64,000 nt of DNA from contig CAVZQN010000006.1 in the NCBI GenBank assembly GCA_963777505.1, positions 96,001-160,000 of the forward strand, in the 5' to 3' direction. A program made the position numbers and the translations under genes. This document shows, in pieces, positions 30,948 to 42,202 of the stretch. The notes beneath the pieces are model-generated. The model did not search any database. It was given only the letters and a program-made list of their open reading frames with translations, and was not told the DNA's origin. Origin of the DNA: an uncultured bacterium (GTDB lineage Bacteria; Acidobacteriota; HRBIN11; JAKEFK01). Each line of letters starts with the position of its first letter. Position 1 is the first letter of the stretch.

Positions 30948-33653
30948 CTACTTTTGAACGGAGAGTTCGCCCAAAAGCTCCATGGCTTTCGAATGCAGTG
31001 GAGAAATTTTCAACGCGCGTTCACATTGACTCAATGCGCGCGTAGGTAAACCTTGCTGAATGTAAAATTTCGCAAGATCTACGTGATATTCTGCGTTCCA
31101 TGGATCAACTTCAATCGCCTTGTAAAAACTTTGTTCTGCGTCTTTTCCAAATCGTGGATGTCTCGCATAAGCCAAAGCCATAAGATGATAGTATTTCGAT
31201 TCTGATGGATTGTTCTTAATTGCCTGGCGGCAAAGCTGGGTCACCTTCCAATAATCGTTTTCCAAAAGTTTTTCTTGCGCAAGTCTAAAAATTTGTTCTG
31301 CTACTTTTACGCTGTGTTCTTGCTCAATCTTGCTCTCAGATTTTTGCTGGTCCATTCTTACAACCGCATCTGAATTTGAAACCGCAGGAGCTTGTGGTTT
31401 TGATTCGGAAACCGGACGTTGTGTGGGAGTTGGAGGATTGGGAATTGGAGTTTGTGGATGAGTCACTGGCTTGTCCGAAGGAGGAGGCGTTTTAGCTGAA
31501 AACACCTCGCGAATCGGCATCGTTTCATATCCAATGACTGTTACAGGTTGAGTCGAAACTACGTCTTGTCGTTTTGGTGCCCGCCGTTCGTCTGCGGTCC
31601 GCAGCTGAACTGCGCCAAGTTTTAGCAATGCATAAACAAATCGATTGATTTTTTCTTCAGTTTGACCTGTTAAGATTTGCAAAGTATTGAGAGTTGTGGC
31701 TTCTCCTTCCAGCCTGGATGCTAAGAAGCTTTCGTCCGGCCTTATATCAAGAGTTGAAAGAATCACATCGAACTGCGCTGTGCGAACAACATAAAGATCA
31801 CTTCGAAGCTGGTTGCTGAGCTGATCCGGATTTACTAAAGTGCGAGCCGCCTCTAAAAGAATGTCGGCAATTCGAATCGATGCAAACGCGTCATGTTCGA
31901 TTGAAGCAGGATAAAATTCGCCTTCAAAAACAGGCCAGAAGAAAACTTGCATTAGCGCTGCTTTCATTTGTTTTCGATATGCTGTTTTAAATTCATCGAT
32001 TGTGAAGGCCTGCGTTAAAACGAGCCGGTTAAGCGAAGTTTCAAGATCTTCGGAAACAGAGGGCATCTGTTCTTTCGGAAGCACATTCTTTTGTACAAGA
32101 ACATTCCAGATATTTTCATCAGGCTGACTCGATTGAAATAAAATGATTTCACGCTGCCTGACAAAAAATCGTTTTTGCAGTTGAGCCCATCGAACAGTAA
32201 GAACACCTGACGCTGATTGATTAAACAAAATCGATAGTAGATCAAAGAAATTATTGTCTTTTACCGCTGGAACCTGAGACTGTTTTTCTGCGCGTGGAAT
32301 CTTCCATTGAGACATACTCAGGAGTTGTTTTCGCAGCCAATCAACATCTTCAATCAGGCTCTTATAATCCTGATAGCGATCCGATGGATTTTTATGCGTC
32401 ATTTTTTCGATGATTTCATACGCCGCTTTTGGGATACGGCCATTCAGATCGTTATACGAAGGAAAAGGTTCAGAAGCATGTTTGATCACCATTTCGATCG
32501 CTGAACTTGCTTCGAATGGATGAGTTCCGTAAAGCATGAAGTAAAAAGTAATTCCGAGTGCATAAATATCTGCGCGGTGATCCACAGCAGACGATTGTGC
32601 CTGCTCAGGCGACATAAAACTTGGAGTTCCCAAGAATTCTTGGACCTGTGTGATGCGAGATGACATTTGTTCAGCGGAAGCAAGTCCGAAATCTACAACT
32701 TGAATATGCTGGTTTTCATCGAAAAGCAGATTGTTTGGTTTGATGTCACGATGAACAATCCCCTTTTTGGATGCAGCTTCCAGCGCCTGTGCACACTGAA
32801 GAATGATTTCAAGCGAGGGCAGCAATTCGACTCTTCCTTTCTTGCGGATTAAATCGGCAAGCGAGCCACCGGGACACCATTGCATCGCGAAATAACATTC
32901 CCCATCTTCTTCACCGAAACTGAAAATGTGAGCGATGCCCGGATGATCGATGCTTGCAAGAACTTTTGCCTCTCTCCGAAATCTTTCAACGAATTGTGTT
33001 GAACTTGATAAGCGTTTTGACAAAATCTTAATTGCAACAAAACGATCCAGAGGTTCGTCAAAAGCCTTAAAGACATAGCCCATCCCGCCGCTTCCAATCA
33101 GGGTTTCAATTTTATAAATGCCATATTTCGGCTTAATTCGCGCAAACGAATCGGCTGACGTTAACCCAACATCGACAGTTCCATGGCTTTTGTCTTTATC
33201 AAGCGGGGTTGATGGAACGAAGATTGGACGATCTACGGCAGGTATTGGAACAATCGTCTGCGGAGCATTCTTGAATTCATCGATCATCCGGAGAAATCTC
33301 TTCACCCGGATCGCGACTTCATTGGGATGAATTGGCTTTACTAAAAATTCGTTGGCTCCGCTGTCAAAACAGGAAATTTTTGTTTCCAGATCATCACTTC
33401 CACTGAGAATGATCACAATAATGTCCCGCAAAAGCGGATTCTCTTTTACGATTTTACAAAGTTCTTCTCCTGGCATTTCCGGCATCAAAAGATCAAGGAT
33501 CATAAAAAGAGGCTTATCCGTTTGGATGAGGTCGAGAGCTTCATGTGCATTTGTGGCCGTAGTAGTACGAAAACCTTGATCCTGAAGCGCGGTGACAATG
33601 AGATTTTGATAATCTTTATCGTCATCAACTACGAGAACTGAAACTTGATTCAC
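30948..33653 (-). CDS. Hybrid signalling protein: receiver domain - Hanks Ser/Thr kinase - DUF4388-like - Pro-rich linker - TPR
   Basis: REC VVDDD/ILDLLMP/ILS/KP; kinase GSGGMG, VAIK, HRDIKPNN, DFG, GTPSFMSPEQ; DLLSILFNQSASGVLTV; C-terminal TPR helices. Confidence 0.88.
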   Translation of the reverse strand: MNQVSVLVVDDDKDYQNLIVTALQDQGFRTTTATNAHEALDLIQTDKPLFMILDLLMPEMPGEELCKIVKENPLLRDIIVIILSGSDDLETKISCFDSGANEFLVKPIHPNEVAIRVKRFLRMIDEFKNAPQTIVPIPAVDRPIFVPSTPLDKDKSHGTVDVGLTSADSFARIKPKYGIYKIETLIGSGGMGYVFKAFDEPLDRFVAIKILSKRLSSSTQFVERFRREAKVLASIDHPGIAHIFSFGEEDGECYFAMQWCPGGSLADLIRKKGRVELLPSLEIILQCAQALEAASKKGIVHRDIKPNNLLFDENQHIQVVDFGLASAEQMSSRITQVQEFLGTPSFMSPEQAQSSAVDHRADIYALGITFYFMLYGTHPFEASSAIEMVIKHASEPFPSYNDLNGRIPKAAYEIIEKMTHKNPSDRYQDYKSLIEDVDWLRKQLLSMSQWKIPRAEKQSQVPAVKDNNFFDLLSILFNQSASGVLTVRWAQLQKRFFVRQREIILFQSSQPDENIWNVLVQKNVLPKEQMPSVSEDLETSLNRLVLTQAFTIDEFKTAYRKQMKAALMQVFFWPVFEGEFYPASIEHDAFASIRIADILLEAARTLVNPDQLSNQLRSDLYVVRTAQFDVILSTLDIRPDESFLASRLEGEATTLNTLQILTGQTEEKINRFVYALLKLGAVQLRTADERRAPKRQDVVSTQPVTVIGYETMPIREVFSAKTPPPSDKPVTHPQTPIPNPPTPTQRPVSESKPQAPAVSNSDAVVRMDQQKSESKIEQEHSVKVAEQIFRLAQEKLLENDYWKVTQLCRQAIKNNPSESKYYHLMALAYARHPRFGKDAEQSFYKAIEVDPWNAEYHVDLAKFYIQQGLPTRALSQCERALKISPLHSKAMELLGELSVQK

Positions 33654-33802
33654 TGTTTAAAACCACTCCAACGAAAATCTTTCGATACTATTTTACACCG
33701 GTCAGAGGGTGCCTATTATTTCTTATAATATTAGAGCCCGAAAGCTTTAACTACAAAAGACTTAGTTGATTTCAATAATTCGTCATTTCGATTCATGTTT
33801 CG

Positions 33803-33831
33803 TTGACAAGGTAGGGGGTGTACCTTATAAT
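33803..33831 (+). promoter_or_regulatory. Consensus sigma70 promoter of the rpmH operon
   Basis: TTGACA (33803-08)-17nt-TATAAT (33826-31). Confidence 0.85.
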
Positions 33832-33870
33832 CCTATTTCTTAATTTGACGAAGATGAGGACAGTAGTGTC

Positions 33871-34005
33871 ATGAAACGCACATATCAGCCTAATAACAGG
33901 AAGCGGAAGCGAACACATGGATTTTTAGTGAGGATGCGGTCCCAGGGCGGACGGAAGGTTATTAACAGAAGGCGAGCAAAAGGCAGACACCGTCTGGCTG
34001 TTTAA
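33871..34005 (+). CDS. rpmH: 50S ribosomal protein L34 (absent from ORF track)
   Basis: Hand translation [44 protein letters not shown]; stop overlaps rnpA ATG. Confidence 0.97.
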   Translation: MKRTYQPNNRKRKRTHGFLVRMRSQGGRKVINRRRAKGRHRLAV

Positions 34006-34358
34006 TGCCCGATCAGCGGGATGAACGTTTTCCACCACAACACCGGCTGAACAGGGCAACGGATTTTCGCCGGGTGTTTTCAAGGGGGAAGCGGACCGGA
34101 ACGCGGTTATTTGTGATTTATATCTTGCCCAATCATTTATCCCATTCCCGCCTCGGAATTCAAGTTCAATCAAAAATTGGTTCTGCAGTGCAAAGGAACT
34201 ATATCAAGCGGATTGTTCGTGAAGTCTTTCGCAAGTTAAAGGAAGACTTTCGTGAGCACGTGGATATTGTTTTTATTGCCAGTAAGCAGATGGCGAAAAC
34301 AGGTTATCCGGAATTGAGTGAGGAATTCCGAAATTCACTTCAGAGATACCTAGGATGA
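34005..34358 (+). CDS. rnpA: Ribonuclease P protein component
   Basis: RL...[26 protein letters not shown]; synteny. Confidence 0.95.
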   Translation: MPDQRDERFPPQHRLNRATDFRRVFSRGKRTGTRLFVIYILPNHLSHSRLGIQVQSKIGSAVQRNYIKRIVREVFRKLKEDFREHVDIVFIASKQMAKTGYPELSEEFRNSLQRYLG

Positions 34359-34579
34359 GCTCCTCAATCGGATCCAGGAGTGTTGTTGGGCTTCTAAAGT
34401 TTTATAAGAGGTTCATTTCACCTCTGTTGATCCCTGCGTGCCGTTTCACACCAACTTGCTCTGAATACATGATGGAGGCTGTGCGCAAGCATGGAACCTT
34501 TAAAGGAATCTGGATGGGAATCAAACGAATCCTGAGATGTAACCCATTCTGTAAAGGCGGATTTGACCCGGTACGATAA
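34355..34579 (+). CDS. yidD: Membrane protein insertion efficiency factor
   Basis: [27 protein letters not shown]. Confidence 0.95.
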   Translation: MSSSIGSRSVVGLLKFYKRFISPLLIPACRFTPTCSEYMMEAVRKHGTFKGIWMGIKRILRCNPFCKGGFDPVR

Positions 34580-34581
34580 TT

Positions 34582-36216
34582 ATGGATAAAAGGCTTCTTA
34601 TCTTTCTTGCACTTTTTTTCGCATTTTTCTTTGGTTGGCAGAAATTTGTAGTCGATCCTTATGTCAAGAAAACTGTACCGCCTCGGGCACCAGTAGAAAC
34701 AAAGCCGGATCAGACTTCGCAAACGCCACCACCACAACCCGCGAGCATTCCTTCATCGCCTTCCACGACAGTCCAGGCTGCTCCAACTACAAGTACGGGA
34801 CTTCGGAAAGTTACAATTGACACTCCTCTATACCGCGCTGAATTTTCAAGTAAAGGCGCCACTCTTACGTCATTTCGATTAAAAAATTATTTGGATGACT
34901 TTGGACAACCTCTGGAAATGGTTCCACAAAACAACGCACCTGTACGCCCTTTGAGTTTTGATTTTGAAGATACTCAAATTGCGAAAAGAGCCCTGGAGGC
35001 TAACTATTCAATTGATCAGGAAAATTTGAATTTAACCGGATCATCAACAGGTGAGCTGAATCTTAGTTATTCTGACGGCAGATATTTCTTCCGAAAGTAT
35101 TTCAAATTTAAAGCTAACAGTTATGTTTTCGACGCCGTTATTGAAGGAAGAGATGGTGCGAATCCATTGCCAGTGCGTTTAAGCTGGGGCCCCGGAATTG
35201 AAAACTTTAAGAGTTATAAAAAGCAAACAGATTTAAAACCTTCGCGAGCCATTGTGAATCTTGGTGAAAAGGTTATTAGAAAAGATCCTCCTAAAGAAAA
35301 AGAGTTTATAAAAGTTGGAGCTTTAGCGCGCTGGGCTGGAGTGGAAAATAATTATTTCATGGCGGCACTGATTCCGGTTAAACCGAGCGATGTCTTCATG
35401 ACCTGCATAAAAGAGAATGCAAGATCTGCCCACAATGTTGTTGTTACCGCGCTTGGACCGCGTGACGATGTGTATCGTCTTCGCGTTTTCATTGGTCCGA
35501 AAGATTACAATCTTCTAATAACTTTTGGACTGGAATTGGAAGAGGCCGTAGATTTTGGCTTCTTCGGTCCGATTGCACGCCTTCTTTTTTACGCATTAAG
35601 ATTTTTTTACAAATATACAGGCAACTGGGGATGGGCAATTGTTCTGTTAACGATTGTTGTGAAAATAATCTTCACACCTTTTATGCAAAAGAGCTTTGCG
35701 TCGCAGAAGAAACTGCAGGCCATGCAGCCTGAGATGAAAAAGATCCAGGACAGATACGCGAAGATGAAGAATGATGATCCGCGAAAGCAGAATATGAATG
35801 CCGAGATCATGCAACTTCATAAGCGGTTGGGCGTTAATCCGCTTGGAGGCTGTCTTCCAATGATAGTGCAAATGCCAGTACTTTTTGCCTTCTACAGCCT
35901 TCTTTCTAATGCAATAGAACTCAGAAGGGCACCCTTTGCGTTCTGGATCCATGATCTCTCGAGGTCAGATCCATTTTATATAACGCCAATATTAATGGGT
36001 GCAACGATGCTGCTACAGCAACGAATGACGCCCGCAAGCGATCCAATGCAGCAAAAGATGCTTTATATAATGCCAATCATGTTCAGCTATATTTCGTTTA
36101 ATCTGCCGAGCGGGCTTGTCGTGTACTGGCTCTTAAGCAATGTGTTGGGAATAGCTCATCAATATTATTTTTTAAGACTGCAAAAAAAAGCAACAGCCGG
36201 GGAACAAAATGCTTAG
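34582..36216 (+). CDS. yidC: Membrane protein insertase YidC
   Basis: Periplasmic domain, FIGPK, GNWGWAI, NPLGGCLP, PSGLVVYW. Confidence 0.96.
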   Translation: MDKRLLIFLALFFAFFFGWQKFVVDPYVKKTVPPRAPVETKPDQTSQTPPPQPASIPSSPSTTVQAAPTTSTGLRKVTIDTPLYRAEFSSKGATLTSFRLKNYLDDFGQPLEMVPQNNAPVRPLSFDFEDTQIAKRALEANYSIDQENLNLTGSSTGELNLSYSDGRYFFRKYFKFKANSYVFDAVIEGRDGANPLPVRLSWGPGIENFKSYKKQTDLKPSRAIVNLGEKVIRKDPPKEKEFIKVGALARWAGVENNYFMAALIPVKPSDVFMTCIKENARSAHNVVVTALGPRDDVYRLRVFIGPKDYNLLITFGLELEEAVDFGFFGPIARLLFYALRFFYKYTGNWGWAIVLLTIVVKIIFTPFMQKSFASQKKLQAMQPEMKKIQDRYAKMKNDDPRKQNMNAEIMQLHKRLGVNPLGGCLPMIVQMPVLFAFYSLLSNAIELRRAPFAFWIHDLSRSDPFYITPILMGATMLLQQRMTPASDPMQQKMLYIMPIMFSYISFNLPSGLVVYWLLSNVLGIAHQYYFLRLQKKATAGEQNA

Positions 36217-36682
36217 TTTAGAAAAAGAGAAAAAAATTTGTGCTTTGATTGATGATCTCACAGGCCTGATGAACTTTAATCTTAAAGCTGAGCTATTTGA
36301 ATCTTCCGGACAAATTGAAATTAATATTTCTGGCGCAGATCGCGCCTATTTGATTACAGATAATGGAGAGACTTTGCTTTCGCTGCAGTACATTCTCGGC
36401 AGAATGATTCGACAGCATTTTCCGGAACTTGAAGATGTCCATATTCTTATCGACAGTGATGGTTATATGTATCGTCACGAAGATCAATTAAGAAGGATGG
36501 CTCAAAATGCAGTGCAGCGAGTTCGCCGTGAACGAAGACGCATTAAACTACCGCCACTGAACCCTTATGATCGAAGGATTATTCATATCGAAGTCGCTCT
36601 GAATAGAGATATGGATAGTCTTTCTGAAGGCGAAGGTTTCTTCAAAAAAATAGTAGTGCAGCGAAAATTCCGCGAACGCTAA
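36209..36682 (+). CDS. jag: Jag/KhpB-like KH + R3H RNA-binding protein (short form without Jag_N)
   Basis: GETLLSLQY, LNPYDRRIIH (R3H), SEGEG; position after yidC. Confidence 0.82.
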   Translation: MLSLEKEKKICALIDDLTGLMNFNLKAELFESSGQIEINISGADRAYLITDNGETLLSLQYILGRMIRQHFPELEDVHILIDSDGYMYRHEDQLRRMAQNAVQRVRRERRRIKLPPLNPYDRRIIHIEVALNRDMDSLSEGEGFFKKIVVQRKFRER

Positions 36683-36722
36683 AGGCATCTACAAACCTTC
36701 TCAATTAAGTAGTATTAGTGCC

Positions 36723-38090
36723 ATGCAGACCGATCACGAAGATACAATTGCAGCGATTTCCACGCCTTTAGGCCGTGCAGCGCTTGGGATCGTTCGAATT
36801 AGCGGAAAAGATTGCCGCGCACTACTTAAGAAAATTTTCACACCGACCTACAAAGAAGAAGTGATTCCATTCAGCCCGATACTTGGAAAAATAACGCTGC
36901 AGGATGGACATTTTCTTGATGAAGTTGTGCTGACACTCTTCGAAAAGCCACATTCGTATACTCGGGAAGATGTAGCAGAAATTTCGTGTCACGGAAATCC
37001 ATTGATTCTTGAAACTGTTTTAAAAAGAGTGATTGCAGCAGGTGCGCGCCTCGCGAACTCAGGTGAGTTTACTTACAGAGCCTTTTTGAATGGCAGACTT
37101 GATCTGGTTCAGGCAGAAGCGGTCAAAGATCTAATCGAAGCAGACTCACAACATCAGGCTGAGCTTGCGCTGAATCATCTTCATGGAAGGTTAAGCAATC
37201 TGCTTCAAGATCTGAAAGCGCAGTTTGTCGATCTCATTGCCCTCATGGAAGGGAACATCGACTTTAGCGAAGAGCAGCATTATGATTTTATTAATCGCAC
37301 AGATTGTTTGGGCCGGCATGATTCTCTTCTTAAAAGCATTCGCAGTTTAATCGGCACATTCGAACAAGGACGTCTGATTCGAGATGGCCTGAGCCTTGTA
37401 ATTGCAGGTCGTCCAAACGTAGGTAAGTCTTGTCTTTTCAATGCTTTACTGCGTCAGGATCGAGCGATTGTTACTCCCACAGCTGGAACGACGCGCGATT
37501 ATTTAAAGGAACGGATAAATCTCGGCGGTTACATTTTGAACCTGATCGATACTGCGGGAATTCGTGAAAGCCAGGAACTGATTGAAGAAGAAGGAATTCG
37601 TAGAAGCCGCCAAGTTATTGAAAAGGCTGATCTTATTGTGTTTTTGGTCGATGCTTCCGAGGCTTTGAATGACGAAGATGAGTTGATTTGGAAGGATATT
37701 AAGAGCCGCAACGTTTTAGTGGTTTGTAACAAGATGGATCTTCAGAATGTTACCCGTCACTCATTGGATGGCAATAATGGAATTGAAATTTCTGCTCAAA
37801 CAGGTGCAGGCATTGAAGAACTTTTGTTGCGGATCCAGGACCGTATTCATGAGATGGTCCTAAACAAAAAGGAAGATACCGTAATTTCAAGCATCCGTCA
37901 TCGCAATCTTCTAGAGCAAGCAGAAAAAGCATTGGAGCGATCAAAAGCAGGAGTCGAACAAGGTTTAAGCGAGGAATTTCCACTAATGGATCTGCATGAC
38001 GCACTTCGTTCTATTGGGCAGATTACAGGTGAAGTTACAATCGAAGATATTTATAGTCATATCTTTTCGCACTTTTGTATTGGAAAATAA
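36723..38090 (+). CDS. mnmE: tRNA modification GTPase MnmE
   Basis: [34 protein letters not shown]. Confidence 0.97.
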   Translation: MQTDHEDTIAAISTPLGRAALGIVRISGKDCRALLKKIFTPTYKEEVIPFSPILGKITLQDGHFLDEVVLTLFEKPHSYTREDVAEISCHGNPLILETVLKRVIAAGARLANSGEFTYRAFLNGRLDLVQAEAVKDLIEADSQHQAELALNHLHGRLSNLLQDLKAQFVDLIALMEGNIDFSEEQHYDFINRTDCLGRHDSLLKSIRSLIGTFEQGRLIRDGLSLVIAGRPNVGKSCLFNALLRQDRAIVTPTAGTTRDYLKERINLGGYILNLIDTAGIRESQELIEEEGIRRSRQVIEKADLIVFLVDASEALNDEDELIWKDIKSRNVLVVCNKMDLQNVTRHSLDGNNGIEISAQTGAGIEELLLRIQDRIHEMVLNKKEDTVISSIRHRNLLEQAEKALERSKAGVEQGLSEEFPLMDLHDALRSIGQITGEVTIEDIYSHIFSHFCIGK

Positions 38091-38094
38091 ACAG

Positions 38095-39939
38095 ATGCGT
38101 GACTTTGATGTAGTTGTGATTGGTGGCGGGCATGCAGGATGCGAAGCAGCAGCAGCGTGTGCTCGCGGAGGCGCTCGAACTGCGCTAGTAACGATGTCGC
38201 TTGATGCGATCGGTCAAATGTCATGCAATCCAGCAATCGGCGGCATCGCAAAAGGACAGCTCGTAAAAGAAATTGACGCACTGGGCGGTATCATGGGAAT
38301 TCTCGCAGACCGAACGGGAATTCAATTCAAAGTGCTGAACAGAAGCAAAGGTACGGCTGTTTGGTCACCACGATGCCAGTCGGATAAAGCGGAATATAGA
38401 AAGGCGGTCCGAAGTCTGCTTGAAGCTACCCCTGGATTGGAGCTGATTGAAGGTGTCGGCGTTGAACTAATACTCCATGAAAATAGAGTTGCAGGGCTTC
38501 GGTTGCTCACCGGTGAAAAGCTTTCCTGCGTCGCATTGATCATTACTACCGGAACATTCCTGAATGGATTGATTCATATTGGTGAAAGAAAAATTCAGGC
38601 AGGGCGAATCCAGGAGCCTGCGGCAACTCATCTGTCGGAGTCGATCCGAAGTTTTGGCTTTGAAATGGGGCGATTAAAAACAGGTACGCCTCCCAGAATT
38701 CATCGAGATTCCATCGACTTCAGCCAGATGCAAGAACAGTGGGGCGATAGTGATCCGCTATTTTTCTCGCCTGATACAACGACTTTCACGCTGCCACAGA
38801 TTCCATGTCATATCACTTATACAAATGAAAAAGTTCATGAAGTGATCCGAAATAATATCGGACGTTCACCGATGTATAGTGGTCAGATTCAGGGAGTTGG
38901 GCCGAGGTATTGTCCTTCTGTCGAGGATAAAATCGTAAAATTTCCCGACAAAGATCGTCACCAACTTTTTATTGAGCCTGAAGGTTTGAACACAATTGAG
39001 TATTACATCAATGGCTTATCAACATCGCTTCCGGAAGAAGTTCAGCAAGAAATTCTAAGGGCAGTTCCAGGTTTGGAGAAAGCCGAGATGCTAAAACCTG
39101 GTTACGCGGTGGAGTATGACTATGTGCAGCCGACCGAGCTTTTCCCAACATTAGAAACAAAGAAAATTCGTGGACTTTATCTTGCCGGTCAAATCAATGG
39201 AACCTCCGGATATGAAGAAGCGGCGGCTCAGGGGTTGATCGCTGGTATCAATGCGCTGTTATCGACCCGCGGCGAGGCGCCGTTCGTAATGAAAAGATTT
39301 GAAGGTTATATAGGGATCCTCGTCGATGACCTGGTGACAAAAGGTACGTCCGAACCTTACAGGATGTTTACTTCGCGGGCCGAATACCGTTTGATGCTGC
39401 GGCTTGATAATGTGGAGGAAAGATTGACTCCATATGGACGAAAAATTGGCTTGATTTCTGATGATCGTTTTCAATCTTTTCAAAAAGAGCAGAATGATAT
39501 TGTCGAAGCACTGGCTGCGTTACGGGCGATGCGTATCGTTTACCAGGGTCAGGGTTTAAGCGGCGAACAGCTTTTAAGGCGTCCGGAAATGACTCTGGAT
39601 CAGATCGAACAACTGGCGGGTAGAAAAACTGGTGACCTTGGACTGATGCAGAAATTTGCCGTTGAGAGCAGGGTGAAATATCAGGGCTATATCGATCGTC
39701 AGGTTCTGGAAGCTGAAAAGATGAAACGGTGGGAAAATCACCGGATCCCGTCAAATCTAAACTTTGCAGGGATTCCTGGATTAACTCGTGAAGTTGCTGA
39801 AAAACTGGATCGGATCAAACCTCAGACCTTTGCTCAGGCGCAACGCATTTCAGGCATGACCCCGGCTGCGCTCTCACTCTTACGGATCTATTTGGAAAAG
39901 CGCCAACCTGCGACACATGCCGACGTACTGGAAGGATAG
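38095..39939 (+). CDS. mnmG: tRNA uridine 5-carboxymethylaminomethyl modification enzyme MnmG (GidA)
   Basis: [43 protein letters not shown]; true start ATG at 38095. Confidence 0.97.
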   Translation: MRDFDVVVIGGGHAGCEAAAACARGGARTALVTMSLDAIGQMSCNPAIGGIAKGQLVKEIDALGGIMGILADRTGIQFKVLNRSKGTAVWSPRCQSDKAEYRKAVRSLLEATPGLELIEGVGVELILHENRVAGLRLLTGEKLSCVALIITTGTFLNGLIHIGERKIQAGRIQEPAATHLSESIRSFGFEMGRLKTGTPPRIHRDSIDFSQMQEQWGDSDPLFFSPDTTTFTLPQIPCHITYTNEKVHEVIRNNIGRSPMYSGQIQGVGPRYCPSVEDKIVKFPDKDRHQLFIEPEGLNTIEYYINGLSTSLPEEVQQEILRAVPGLEKAEMLKPGYAVEYDYVQPTELFPTLETKKIRGLYLAGQINGTSGYEEAAAQGLIAGINALLSTRGEAPFVMKRFEGYIGILVDDLVTKGTSEPYRMFTSRAEYRLMLRLDNVEERLTPYGRKIGLISDDRFQSFQKEQNDIVEALAALRAMRIVYQGQGLSGEQLLRRPEMTLDQIEQLAGRKTGDLGLMQKFAVESRVKYQGYIDRQVLEAEKMKRWENHRIPSNLNFAGIPGLTREVAEKLDRIKPQTFAQAQRISGMTPAALSLLRIYLEKRQPATHADVLEG

Positions 39940-40504
39940 TCCGCTTCTTTCCAAAAACTCCCTCGACAAACTCGACAAGTTTGCCAAGCTGATCCTGCAG
40001 TGGAATGCAAAAATCAATCTCACCGGATTCCGTGATGCTAAGGAAATTGAAGATTTGCTCATAGGGGAATCTGTCCTGGCCGCAGAGAGTCTGCAAAATT
40101 TGGGCTTCATTCGATCTGGCATTCGTGTTCTTGATTTCGGTTCTGGAGCCGGCATTCCAGGAATAGTTTGGGCGGCGCTGGAACTTCCAATTCAAGTCAC
40201 TTCCTTAGAAATTCGGCAGAAGAAGATTGCCTTCCAAAAGCAAGCAGCCCGCGAATTGGGCCTGGAAGTCAAGATTAATGCTGGACGTTTTCCGGAGGCT
40301 GTTGGCTCAAACGAATTCGATTTAATCGTGAGTAGGGCGATCCGATATGACCCTCAAATCTGGAATTCTGGACAGCGTTGTTTATCTGTATCAGGAAGCT
40401 TTATCCGATTTGCTTCTGCGAATGCAGAAGAAGAAGGCTGGAAAACAATCCCCGTTTCTGAAAGAAGTTCGCTGCTGATAAAAACGGTATCCAAAGACGG
40501 ATGA
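39917..40504 (+). CDS. rsmG: 16S rRNA m7G527 methyltransferase RsmG (GidB)
   Basis: [26 protein letters not shown]; synteny. Confidence 0.9.
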   Translation: MPTYWKDSPLLSKNSLDKLDKFAKLILQWNAKINLTGFRDAKEIEDLLIGESVLAAESLQNLGFIRSGIRVLDFGSGAGIPGIVWAALELPIQVTSLEIRQKKIAFQKQAARELGLEVKINAGRFPEAVGSNEFDLIVSRAIRYDPQIWNSGQRCLSVSGSFIRFASANAEEEGWKTIPVSERSSLLIKTVSKDG

Positions 40505-40506
40505 AC

Positions 40507-40522
40507 TGTTCCACGTGAAACG
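40507..40522. promoter_or_regulatory. parS centromere-like site
   Basis: TGTTCCACGTGAAACG, 15/16 to TGTTNCACGTGAAACA, just upstream of parA. Confidence 0.85.
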
Positions 40523-40586
40523 TTTCGAGCAAGCTGTGGTATCCTAGCCGTTCAAAATCCATTCCAAGTAAGTAGCATCCTTCAAC

Positions 40587-41366
40587 ATGAGTCGTGTCAT
40601 CGCTATTGCAAACCAGAAAGGTGGAGTTGGAAAGACGACAACCGCCGTCAATTTGTCCGCTTCATTGGCAGTGGCGGAGCAAGAAACCCTGGTGATTGAC
40701 CTCGACCCGCAGGGGAACACAACAAGCGGGTTTGGTATCAGTAAAGACCAACGAGAGAACATGTATCACTCGCTCATGTTCCGAAAGCCTCTTGTTGAAG
40801 TCTATTTGTCGACCCAGCTTGATCATTTGAAGTTAGTTCCCTCCCATCGGGATTTAGTCGGAGCGGAACTGGAGCTGATGAATGAACCGGACCGGGAGCA
40901 GCGTCTTCGCACCCTTCTGGAGCCGATCCGCTCCCATTTTCAGTACATTATTATTGATTGTCCGCCTTCATTGGGCTTGTTAACCCTGAATGCACTATGC
41001 GCAGCCGATTCAGTTCTTGTCCCGATCCAATGCGAGTATTTCGCTCTTGAAGGACTTGCGGATTTATTGGAAACTCTCCGACGAATTCAACAGCAATTGA
41101 ATACAAAATTAGCCCTGGAAGGCATCGTACTAACGATGTATGACGAGCGTACGAATTTATCGCGTCAGGTTCGAGATGATATTGCCCGTCATTTTGGCGC
41201 TTCATTGTTAAAAACAGTCATTCCCCGGAATATCCGGTTGGGTGAAGCGCCATCGTTTGGTAAGCCGGTTCTGCTATATGATATTAAGTCAAAAGGGGCT
41301 GAGGCTTATCTGCATCTTGCAAGGGAGATAATCAGTCATGGCAACCAAAAGAAAGGCTCTCGGTAG
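40587..41366 (+). CDS. parA: Chromosome partitioning ATPase ParA/Soj
   Basis: NQKGGVGKTTT, DLDPQGN, DCPPSLG, IPRNIRLGEAPSFG. Confidence 0.96.
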   Translation: MSRVIAIANQKGGVGKTTTAVNLSASLAVAEQETLVIDLDPQGNTTSGFGISKDQRENMYHSLMFRKPLVEVYLSTQLDHLKLVPSHRDLVGAELELMNEPDREQRLRTLLEPIRSHFQYIIIDCPPSLGLLTLNALCAADSVLVPIQCEYFALEGLADLLETLRRIQQQLNTKLALEGIVLTMYDERTNLSRQVRDDIARHFGASLLKTVIPRNIRLGEAPSFGKPVLLYDIKSKGAEAYLHLAREIISHGNQKKGSR

Positions 41367-42201
41367 AGGACTCAATGCCCTTTTGCCTGCGGCTTCTGCA
41401 GGCGCTGGCGACAAAAAGTTTCTGGATGTACCGATCGACTCGATCGTTTCAAACAAGCATCAACCGCGTTCAACCTATCATCCCGAACGGCTCAATGAAC
41501 TTGCACAATCCATCAAAAGCAATGGTGTGGTTCAGCCGATCATAGTCAGGAAAGCAGGATCGCAGTATCAGCTTATCGCAGGGGAGCGCCGGTGGCGTGC
41601 TGCGCGGATCGCAGGCCTGCGTACAATCCCGGCTGTCGTGCGCGATGTGAGTGAATATAAAACTCTCGAAATGGCGTTGATAGAAAACATTCAACGCGAA
41701 GACTTAAATCCAATTGAAGAAGCCACAGCCTATGCTTCTTTGATCAATGAATTTCAGTTAACTCAGGACGAAGTCGCTCATCGCGTTGGGAAGGATCGGT
41801 CCTCAATTGCCAACTATTTACGTTTGTTGAAACTGCCTCGAGAAATTAAGGATCAGATTCAGAATCAGGAGCTTAGCATGGGCCATGCTCGAGCCTTGAT
41901 CAGCCTCGAGAAAGCAAAAGATCAGATCGAGCTTGCGAATCGGATTCTCAGCGAGAATCTGAACGTCCGCCAGACTGAAAGTTTGATCCGGAATTGGAAA
42001 AAGGGTCCAAGTACTCCAGCAAAGGAAGATAGCACTGCCCGTCTTGATCCAAACGTTCGTTCCGCTGAACAGAAGTTGCAAGAGAAATTGGGAACTCAAG
42101 TTGTGATCCGAAATTCTGGCGATGGAAAAGGGCGGATCGAAATTCATTTTCTAAATACGGACGATTTGATTCGAATTTACGATCTGATCGCCGGAGAATA
42201 A
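41338..42201 (+). CDS. parB: Chromosome partitioning protein ParB/Spo0J
   Basis: LGRGL, QPR, GERRWRA, ENIQREDL, HTH, GHARAL. Confidence 0.96.
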   Translation: MATKRKALGRGLNALLPAASAGAGDKKFLDVPIDSIVSNKHQPRSTYHPERLNELAQSIKSNGVVQPIIVRKAGSQYQLIAGERRWRAARIAGLRTIPAVVRDVSEYKTLEMALIENIQREDLNPIEEATAYASLINEFQLTQDEVAHRVGKDRSSIANYLRLLKLPREIKDQIQNQELSMGHARALISLEKAKDQIELANRILSENLNVRQTESLIRNWKKGPSTPAKEDSTARLDPNVRSAEQKLQEKLGTQVVIRNSGDGKGRIEIHFLNTDDLIRIYDLIAGE

Positions 42202-42202
42202 T

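Noticed and set aside
13319-33653. Genomic island or prophage between dnaA and rpmH
   Set aside because: Content is housekeeping; no integrase, att repeats, tRNA or obvious composition shift
37996-38094. N-terminal extension of MnmG in the ORF track
   Set aside because: Overlaps mnmE; homology begins at ATG 38095
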